From NCBI GenBank assembly GCA_964485405.1, contig CAZAJG010000006.1, positions 41,466-105,465 on the forward strand: a stretch of DNA of 64,000 nt, in the 5' to 3' direction. Every line of letters starts with the position of its first letter. The first letter of the stretch is position 1. A program made the translations under genes and the position numbers. Source of the DNA: an uncultured Owenweeksia sp. Lineage in GTDB: Bacteria; Bacteroidota; Bacteroidia; Flavobacteriales; Schleiferiaceae. This document shows positions 22,833-31,000 of the stretch, in pieces. The notes beneath the pieces are model-generated. The model saw only the letters and a program-made list of their open reading frames with translations. It was not told where the DNA came from and ran no database searches.

Positions 22833-23597
22833 ATGATTGATACACACAGCCATATTTACTTAAAAGATTTTGCTGAAGACCGTTTAGAGATGTTGGAAAG
22901 AGCACAGCAAAATGGGGTGTCAAAAATTTACCTTCCCAATATAGATTCCAGTAGTATTGAGGACTTGAAGCAATTGGCTTTGGAGCAAAAAAACTGCTTG
23001 CCTATGATGGGCTTACATCCAGGCTCTGTAAAAGAAAACTTTGAGGAGGAGTTGAATGCTATTGTAGCGGAGATTGACGCCAATCCCAATTTATATGTTG
23101 CTATTGGTGAGATTGGGATTGACCTTTATTGGGATAAAACCTTTATTGAAGCTCAGAAACATTGTTTTAGTGTTCAAATTGAAAAAGCTAAAAGCATGAA
23201 TCTGCCTATTGTAATTCATTGTAGAGATGCTTTTGATGAAGTTTTTGAAGTGCTCGAAAAGCACCAAGATGATCGTCTTTTTGGCATTTTTCACTGTTTT
23301 ACGGGAAATGAAGAACAAGCTGCTCATGCCATAAAGCTAGGGTTAAAGCTAGGCATTGGTGGTGTAGTAACTTTTAAAAATGGTGGCTTAGATAAAACCG
23401 TTAAAAATCTTGATCCTAAAAATTTGGTTTTAGAAACGGATGCGCCTTACCTATCTCCCACTCCTTTTAGAGGGAAAAGAAATGAGCCTTCTTATTTACT
23501 AAACATTGCTCAAAAAATTGCGGATATCCACGAAATGCCTTTGGAACAATTGCAGGATATCACTACCCAAAACGCCAATCAAATATTTAACAGATGA
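22833..23597 (+). CDS. TatD-family metal-dependent hydrolase
   Basis: ATG 22833 gives MIDTHSHIY (the HxH metal motif). The track TTG start at 22818 is unlikely. Stop and start overlap ansA in an ATGA. Confidence 0.85.
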   Translation: MIDTHSHIYLKDFAEDRLEMLERAQQNGVSKIYLPNIDSSSIEDLKQLALEQKNCLPMMGLHPGSVKENFEEELNAIVAEIDANPNLYVAIGEIGIDLYWDKTFIEAQKHCFSVQIEKAKSMNLPIVIHCRDAFDEVFEVLEKHQDDRLFGIFHCFTGNEEQAAHAIKLGLKLGIGGVVTFKNGGLDKTVKNLDPKNLVLETDAPYLSPTPFRGKRNEPSYLLNIAQKIADIHEMPLEQLQDITTQNANQIFNR

Positions 23598-24637
23598 GTC
23601 CGGTTCGCCATAAAATATTGATTCTATACACTGGAGGAACCATTGGTATGGTGAAAGATCCGAAAAAGGATACATTCATTCCCTTCAATTTTCAGCATTT
23701 ATTGGATCAGATTCCAGAAATATCTGCCATGGAATGTGAAGTTGAATGCGATAGTTTAGACCACCCTATTGATTCTTCAGATATGAAGCCGGAGCACTGG
23801 GCTAGGTTGGCCAAGCGCATTCAAAAAGACTACGATCGCTATGATGGTTTTGTAATTCTTCATGGGTCAGATACGATGGCTTACACCGCTTCTGCTTTGA
23901 GTTTTATGATAAAAAATTTAAGCAAACCGGTTGTACTCACAGGCTCTCAACTACCTATTGGTGTTCCACGCTCTGACGCACGTGAAAACCTGTTAACCAG
24001 TATTGAAATCGCCATCGCAAAAAAGGCGGATGGTAGTGCAGTTGTACCCGAGGTGTGCGTTTATTTTGAATATGATTTGTACCGGGGCAATCGAACCCAT
24101 AAAATTTCGGCAGAAGATTTTGAGGCTTTCACTTCCATCAACTGCCCTCCTTTAGCCACTGTTGGTGTTAATATTAAATACAATCACAGTCGCATTCAAG
24201 CTTCTGGCTTAGATCCACTAAACGTACATACAGAATGGTGTAATGATGTAGGTATTTTAAGTGTTTTTCCTGGAATGACGCCTTCTTTTGTTTCCTCCGT
24301 TTTAAACAATCCTGAAATAAAAGGATTCATCATTCGGTCTTTTGGATCGGGAAATGCGCCTACAGATCCTTGGTTTTTAGAGAAAATAGAGAAGGTCGTG
24401 CAAAGAGGTATTCCTATTGCGAATATATCTCAATGTATTGGGGGCAATGTAGAACTGGGCAAATACGAAGCCAGCAAAGCTATGTTGGAAGCGGGTGTAA
24501 TTAGTGGCTCAGACATGACACTGGAAGCAGGGCTGACTAAAATGATGCATTTATTAGCTCAAGATTTGAGTCTTGAAGCGTTTAAAAAACAATACGAAAG
24601 CAATTTGAGGGGAGAGCTAACGGATTCTCCTTTCTGA
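23594..24637 (+). CDS. ansA: type I L-asparaginase
   Basis: 347-aa ORF with motifs LYTGGTIGM and HGSDTMAYTASAL. Confidence 0.85.
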   Translation: MSPVRHKILILYTGGTIGMVKDPKKDTFIPFNFQHLLDQIPEISAMECEVECDSLDHPIDSSDMKPEHWARLAKRIQKDYDRYDGFVILHGSDTMAYTASALSFMIKNLSKPVVLTGSQLPIGVPRSDARENLLTSIEIAIAKKADGSAVVPEVCVYFEYDLYRGNRTHKISAEDFEAFTSINCPPLATVGVNIKYNHSRIQASGLDPLNVHTEWCNDVGILSVFPGMTPSFVSSVLNNPEIKGFIIRSFGSGNAPTDPWFLEKIEKVVQRGIPIANISQCIGGNVELGKYEASKAMLEAGVISGSDMTLEAGLTKMMHLLAQDLSLEAFKKQYESNLRGELTDSPF

Positions 24638-24647
24638 TCTTTAAACC

Positions 24648-25130
24648 ATGAACCTATATGTTATGAGAAAAACGATTTTAAGCCTTTCTTTTATCCTCCT
24701 TAGCACACTTTCTTCCTTGGCTCAATACGAAGAAGAGGCCATTCAAGAGGTAATCTTAGAGGCCTATGTAAATGGTGTTTATAATGAAGGTGTACTGCGC
24801 AACATAGATTTGGGTTTTAGTGAACGCTTTCAAGCTTTTGAAATTGATGCAGACAAACAGGTTTCTGTGCGCAACTTAAGCGAATGGAAAGCGGATGTAC
24901 AACAAAAAATTGATGAAGGGAAGTATCCTGTTTCTCCTACAGAAAAGGTCTCTTTAAAGTATCACAAAGTTGAAATTTTTAAGAACATGGCTCATGTTAA
25001 GCTGTCCTTTAGAATCAACAATGAAACCTACGCACGAGAAGTACTTACATTGTATCGCTCACCTGGAGGCTGGTTAATTTTAACAAAAACCTTTCAGAAA
25101 GTTACGGTTAAAAATACATCCAAAGACTAG
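24648..25130 (+). CDS. secreted small protein, possibly NTF2/SnoaL-like fold
   Basis: 160-aa ORF. A signal peptide follows the internal Met (MRKTILSLSFILLSTLSSLAQ). The fold guess is from sequence pattern only. Its stop overlaps the stop of the convergent TonB-like gene in a palindromic CTAG. Confidence 0.55.
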   Translation: MNLYVMRKTILSLSFILLSTLSSLAQYEEEAIQEVILEAYVNGVYNEGVLRNIDLGFSERFQAFEIDADKQVSVRNLSEWKADVQQKIDEGKYPVSPTEKVSLKYHKVEIFKNMAHVKLSFRINNETYAREVLTLYRSPGGWLILTKTFQKVTVKNTSKD

Positions 25131-25633
25131 TCTCTCCTTTTAAAAAGATCCCAAAAGCTACCTCCTCTCCGTTGTAGTTTTAGATTGATGGGTAGTGTAA
25201 AAGACATACGAACGGGCTCCCCCTTTAAGTACGCAGGGCTATTAAATTGAAATGATTTAACTATACGGATGGCTTCTTCCTCAGCCAGTAGAGCAGCTTC
25301 TTTTCTTTTTCCTGATTTTTCTTGTAAACCTCTTACAACCTCTACATTCGAAACAGAAGCATCTTTCTCAATAATAAAGTTGACATAAATCCTTCCCTGA
25401 ACATCCAGTTGTCTTGCCATGTCCGGGTATTGATAGTGCTCACCCACATAATCCAATACGTACTGCTGAAAGCAAAGCTTATGTTCCTCTATAGATCCTT
25501 TGCTTACATCACAGCCTGGAGCTTCGGGAACTCTTCCTACTTCCTTGTAGTTAACAGATTCTTCGTCATTCGAAGATTGTGCAAAAATGGGGTTTATGCT
25601 GATGAGCAAAAAGAGCAAGAAAAGATGTTTCAT
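25127..25633 (-). CDS. TonB C-terminal-domain protein
   Basis: 168-aa ORF with a signal peptide. YQYPDMARQLDVQGRIYVNFIIEKDASVSNVEVV matches the TonB_C pattern YP..A...G.eG.V.v.F.i. Confidence 0.7.
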   Translation of the reverse strand: MKHLFLLFLLISINPIFAQSSNDEESVNYKEVGRVPEAPGCDVSKGSIEEHKLCFQQYVLDYVGEHYQYPDMARQLDVQGRIYVNFIIEKDASVSNVEVVRGLQEKSGKRKEAALLAEEEAIRIVKSFQFNSPAYLKGEPVRMSFTLPINLKLQRRGGSFWDLFKRRD

Positions 25634-25698
25634 TGGTCAAGTCTAAAACCCAAAGATAATCATAACTCATCCCAAACGGCTTGTAAGAACCAGAGATT

Positions 25699-26463
25699 TT
25701 ACAGACGCACTACAACACCTAATTTTAAGATCAGTGAATTGAAACGTGCTTCGGAAACCGTTAGTCTATCATTGTTAAAATCATAGTTTTCATATGATAT
25801 ACTATTAAAACCCATTTGAGCTTGAAAAAACACGCTTTTAAAAGGTTTATAGTTGATATGATAAGCTGGAGTAAATGAAAATATTCCAGAATTAAGTTCT
25901 TCGTTTGGAACAGTTACCGAATCAACTTTCCAATCCTGCACCTTAAGATATGCTAGTTTTAAGGAAAAGGCATGATCCCATTTTTCTCCAACTTTCACAA
26001 AGTTAACTTGTGTAAAATATTGATTCACCGTGGTTTGGTTTCGGATATCGTTAATTTCAATATTGTTAATAAATGATTTTTTTAATACGTTATTCTGCTG
26101 AAAATCATAACCTAAAAGCCATTCCGTACGAATGGAACTCTTAAAGAGTGAAGGGCCATGTATACCCAAACCGATATTAAAGCCAACATTGTCATTAAAC
26201 TGTTCTTCCTCATCTGCAAAAAGCAGGATTGAACCGCTACTGGTAGAGGCGCTATTGTCAAAATAAAAGCTACTAAAGCCAAATACTCGGTTATTTATAT
26301 TATAAATTAACTGAGCTTGAATATTGTTGAACTCATAAGCTGAGCCCAACTGGACTCTATTTGCGGTTGTGTCGGCTACAACAATATTGGAGCTAGCATT
26401 GAATTGACCCTGTGAATAAAAACCAAGAAGAGTAAAAACAAGGGAAATGCATATTCTTTTCAT
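25699..26463 (-). CDS. putative outer-membrane beta-barrel protein
   Basis: 254-aa ORF. Signal peptide MKRICISLVFTLLGFYSQGQ, Asn/Phe/Tyr-rich alternating strands. No family recognised. Confidence 0.55.
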   Translation of the reverse strand: MKRICISLVFTLLGFYSQGQFNASSNIVVADTTANRVQLGSAYEFNNIQAQLIYNINNRVFGFSSFYFDNSASTSSGSILLFADEEEQFNDNVGFNIGLGIHGPSLFKSSIRTEWLLGYDFQQNNVLKKSFINNIEINDIRNQTTVNQYFTQVNFVKVGEKWDHAFSLKLAYLKVQDWKVDSVTVPNEELNSGIFSFTPAYHINYKPFKSVFFQAQMGFNSISYENYDFNNDRLTVSEARFNSLILKLGVVVRL

Positions 26464-26745
26464 CGAGTAAGCTTTTAAAGTTTAGTTCTGCCAAACTAGA
26501 TGCCGATCCTATTTATCACAAATTGAAATTTGCAAGCCAATTATCAGAATCCTTATTAAATGCAAAAAACTTACTTAACGGATAAAATACTCCTTTGATA
26601 AAGCATTTTATGAATTCAAAATCTTACGTCTATACTTTATTTGGGGAAAATGCAAATAATAGATTGCTGTTTCATACCACACGCGAAAATAAACGCTCTT
26701 GTATTTCCTATTTATATCTAGCCGTTTGGCTTTTAACACAGCTTA

Positions 26746-26791
26746 TTAAAAAATGAGAAAGGCCTGCGAAACCACATCGCAGACCTTTCTA
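26746..26791 (-). terminator. intrinsic terminator after the OmpA-like gene
   Basis: On the minus strand: AGAAAGGTCTGCGA-tgtggtt-TCGCAGGCCTTTCT-CATTTTTT. A 14-bp stem with one mismatch and a T-run, about 30 nt after stop 26821. Confidence 0.75.
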
Positions 26792-26820
26792 CTATTTGAA
26801 CTCTCAAGTCTCAACGTTTT

Positions 26821-28032
26821 CTAAAACTTCACCTCCGCCTTTCTATTCAAAAACTGATTATCCTTCGTTTTCTTCTCCGTTGTGGACGTGTTCATGGTTA
26901 CATTGCCGGCTGCATAGCCTAACTCTACTAAAAATCGTTTTACGCTTTCTGCTCTCCTTTGCTTAAGTTGTTCATTGTAATTGCTATCCCCATTGTTATC
27001 CGCATAAGCAACTACTTCTAGCTTTTGGCTTTCCTTCTTGTCTTGTGCTTCTAGTTTTCTTGCTAATTCTTTCTTTGCCTCTCGGGTTAACACGCTAGAG
27101 TCGAAATTGAAGTATACTTGAACACTGGTTTCGGTTCTTATTTTTCGTTCCAACTGATCGATTTTGATCTGTTGATTTTGAAGCGTTTGATTGGTCTTAT
27201 TGATTTGCTTTTGTTGTGCTTCAATTACCTCCTCAATCTTTTCCAAATCCTCTTCTTTCACCTCCGGCTCAGGAAGCACTACATGCGGTTCGTCTTTAAC
27301 AGCAGCAAGGTTTAAGTAGTCTTGACCAAAGTAATTTACAGCGTATGTAGCTTTCTTATCCTTGTTTCCAAAAGTATAGGCAATTCCTATTCCGGTTGCC
27401 AAGTAGGTATCGCTACCAGAGGCATTATTAAAGCCGTCAAAACCATCTGTAAAGGCTACGGTGTAGTTGCTCTCCAACTCTAACCTCCATTGACTATTCA
27501 ACTCGTACTGAATGCCTACTCCAAGGTGTCCTTCCCAAAAATTATCATCCACCAAATCCTCCGGAGTATCGTCTGCAATAAGAAACTGTTCTGCTTTAAA
27601 GCTTCCCGTTCCTAGTCCTAACTTGGTGTAGTAGTTCCATTTACTATTGGTATGGAAGGCATCCAGATTGCTTAGAATTAGAATCATATCCATGTTAACC
27701 TGAGTAAAGGTGTTTTCGTAGTATTCTACCTCATTGGCTCCCGTTATTTGGCCATATCTAAAACCGAGTTGAAGCCCTAAAAGCGGTGTAAACTGCTTTT
27801 CTACATAGAGGTCAAAACCAAGATCGAAATTGGTTTTATCTCCATTAAGGCCTTTCATATCTCTACTCAAATCGGTGTCAAATCGGTAGGAAGGTAAATC
27901 GTACAGATGCACTACACGAATTCCTGCACTATAGCTCTTTAATGGATTTTTCTCTTTTTCCATATTGGTGTCCTGTGCGCTTACACCAAAACTCATGGCT
28001 AAACTCAAAAGGACGGTACTTACTATTTTCAT
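26821..28032 (-). CDS. OmpA-family protein: N-terminal beta-barrel, coiled-coil spacer, C-terminal OmpA/MotB peptidoglycan-binding domain
   Basis: Preferred start ATG 28032 (MKIVSTVLLSLAMSFGVSAQ); the track start at 28062 adds MRTHYISNHP. Heptad-like segment EEDLEKIEEVIEAQQKQINKTNQTLQNQQIKIDQLERKI. The C-terminal YFNFDSS...NEQLKQRRAESVKRFLV is the OmpA-like signature. Confidence 0.85.
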   Translation of the reverse strand: MKIVSTVLLSLAMSFGVSAQDTNMEKEKNPLKSYSAGIRVVHLYDLPSYRFDTDLSRDMKGLNGDKTNFDLGFDLYVEKQFTPLLGLQLGFRYGQITGANEVEYYENTFTQVNMDMILILSNLDAFHTNSKWNYYTKLGLGTGSFKAEQFLIADDTPEDLVDDNFWEGHLGVGIQYELNSQWRLELESNYTVAFTDGFDGFNNASGSDTYLATGIGIAYTFGNKDKKATYAVNYFGQDYLNLAAVKDEPHVVLPEPEVKEEDLEKIEEVIEAQQKQINKTNQTLQNQQIKIDQLERKIRTETSVQVYFNFDSSVLTREAKKELARKLEAQDKKESQKLEVVAYADNNGDSNYNEQLKQRRAESVKRFLVELGYAAGNVTMNTSTTEKKTKDNQFLNRKAEVKF

Positions 28033-28065
28033 AGGGTGGTTTGATATATAGTGGGTTCTCATGGC

Positions 28066-31000
28066 TTACTGGATTATGATTTTACGCACTACTACATGCT
28101 GTTGTCCATTAATCTGCATAAAATATGTAGCTCTTGGTAAGTGGCTCAAGTCAAGCTCTAACCTACCCTCTTCATTGCTTCTCAATTCTCTTTGAAGCAA
28201 TTCTTTCCCATCAATGCTATGCAGGCTTATCGTTATATCCTGTTCAATAAACTGATTCAAGTCGATGGTAACTCGTCCATTGGTTGGGTTTGGATAAATG
28301 CTAAGCTTGCTCAACAGATTCTCCTCTAGGCCAATTCCACCACCACTGTTTCCTACAACAAAGCCTTCGCCAAATACCTGACAACCGTTTACATTACCAA
28401 CTATTACTTGGTAATTTCCAGCAGTTGAGTAGTTTAAAGTTGGCCCGGTTTCTCCATTTAGAATCTGACCATCCTTATACCACTGGTAGCTTGCATATCC
28501 ACCTTGAGTAGATAAAGTAGTAGAAGCGATTTGTACAATTACTGGATCTATTGGCACTGGTAGTACGGTTACACTAATGCTTCCTGTAGCTACACAACCT
28601 TGATCATCTGTAAACTGGTAGCTTAGTGTATGACGACCAAAGCCTGCTTGAAAAGGATTGAAAACCGTTTGGTTTACTACGCCATTTCCACTCCATTGGA
28701 TGTTCTGACCCAAAGCAATGTCTACAGCAGGAGCATTTTCACAAATCTCCAATAGGTTTGGCAATTGCGGTTGACCTTGAGGTACAATCACTATGGTAAA
28801 GCTTACTACGGTATCGTTTCCAGAATCATCACTAATTCTAAAAGTATTCTGTGTAATTCCTATTGGGAATACGTTTCCACTCGGCAATCCATTTAACTGA
28901 GTTACGGTAATGTTACCACAGTTATCGCTTGCTGTAGGCAATGGATAAACGTAAGCCGCATTACAAGGGCCTACGGTATCGTTTGCTGGCACACTTAGTA
29001 CAATTGGTTTTTCATCGTCTGTAATGGTAATATCAAAACTCGTTTGAGTTGTGTTCCCAGCTCCATCTGTTGCTGTATAGCTAACTGTTGTAGTTCCCAC
29101 AGGGAAAACCGATCCGCTGGTATGGCTACTAGCAAGTGTTGCTCCTGTACAGTTATCTGTTACGGTTGGGGCCGTAAAGTTGATTAACGCACCGCACGTT
29201 CCAGCATCTGCTGTTTGTGTAATGTTTGCTGGTGTATTGTTGATGGTTGGGTCAATAACATCATTTACGGTTACTGTAAAGCTTGCTGTGCTGCTATTTC
29301 CATCTCCATCCGTTGCCGTGTAGGTTACCGTTGTTGTTCCTACTGGGAAGGTTGCACCCGGATTATGGGTACTCGTTAAAGTAGCTGTTCCGCAATTATC
29401 AAATGCTGTAGGAGCTGTCCAACTTACTTGTGCATCACAAGTATTGGCATTTGGCATAGTGTTAAAGGCAAAAGGCAATCCTGTAATAACTGGCGATACG
29501 GTATCTAATACAATTACATCAAAGTTTTGAGTAATCGTATTTCCACTCGCATCAAATGCATTTACCAATACAGTAGTTGTTCCTATATTAAACAAGCCAC
29601 CGTTAATCTGGCTGGTGTTTATAAAGGTGCTGTTGCAATTATCGCTAGCCGTGAGAGTTGGCCATTGAACGGTAGTAGCACATTGGTTTGCCGTGGCATA
29701 CGCGGTAATGGTAGATGGTAAATTATCAATAGTAGGTTTAACAGTATCCAATATGGTTATAAAGGCATTTGCTGTGCTGCTATTTCCACTGCTATCGGTA
29801 ACAGTTAAGATAATTAGGTTTTGACCTAAATCTGCACAATCAAATACACTAATGTCTAGGTTTAAACTATCAATAGCACAGTTGTCGTTGCTACCATTAT
29901 CTACCATTTGAGGCGTAATAGTGGCTGTTCCATTTGCTCCTAAATAAACTGTTAGGTTTTGCGATTGAGCTATTGGAGCTATTTGGTCCTCTACTGTAAT
30001 TTGAGCCGTTTGTGTTTGTACGTTTCCGCTATTGTCAGTTACAGTTAGAGTAACGGTTATTGGATTGTTTAAGTCACTACAGCTAAAACTCGTTTGATCT
30101 AAAGTCATGCTTTGGATGGTGCAGTTATCCGTACTTCCATTATCTACCATTTGAGGTGTGATGCTAGCTGAGCCATTTTGACCCAGTTGTACAGTAAGGT
30201 TTTGTGTTATCACTACTGGTTTGTTGGTGTCTAGCACAGTTATGATCGCTGTAGAAGTGTTGTTATTTCCACTTGAATCTACCACATTCAATGTGATGGT
30301 ATTGGCTCCAGCATCAGAACAAGTAAAGCTAGTTTGATCAATGCTAAGGGAGCTAATGCTGCAATTATCAGCACTTCCATTATCTACCATCTGAGCGGTT
30401 AAGCTAGCTGAGCCATTTGCATCTAAGTATAAGCTTACATTTTGAGTTACCACGGTAGGACGTGTGGTATCTTCAACAGTTATGGTGGCATTGGTAGTTG
30501 TTAAATTTCCACTTGGGTCTTCTACACTTAAGGTGATACCGTTTGTTCCAATATGGCTGCAATCAAACGCTGTCTGGCTAATCCAAAGACTATCAATGCT
30601 GCAGTTGTCAGAACTTCCATTGTTTACCATTTGAGGTGTAAGAGTAGCTGATCCATTTGCATCTAGGTAAACCGTTACGTTTTGCGCTTGGGCTATTGGA
30701 GCCATTTGATCTTCTAGGGTAATCTGCGCGGTTTGCGTTTGTACGTTTCCATTGTTATCCGTTACGGTTAATGTAATCATTACCGGGCCGTTTAAATCAT
30801 TACAGTTAAAGCTGGACTGATCTAAAGTCATGCTTTGAATGCCACAATTATCGGTGCTTCCATTATCTACCATTTGTGGGGTAATAGAGGCCGCTCCATT
30901 TTGATCTAGTTGTAGGGTAAGATTTTGCGTTATCACCATCGGTTTATTGGTGTCTAACACAGTTATGGTCGCTGTAGAAGTATTGCTATTTCCAGTTGGA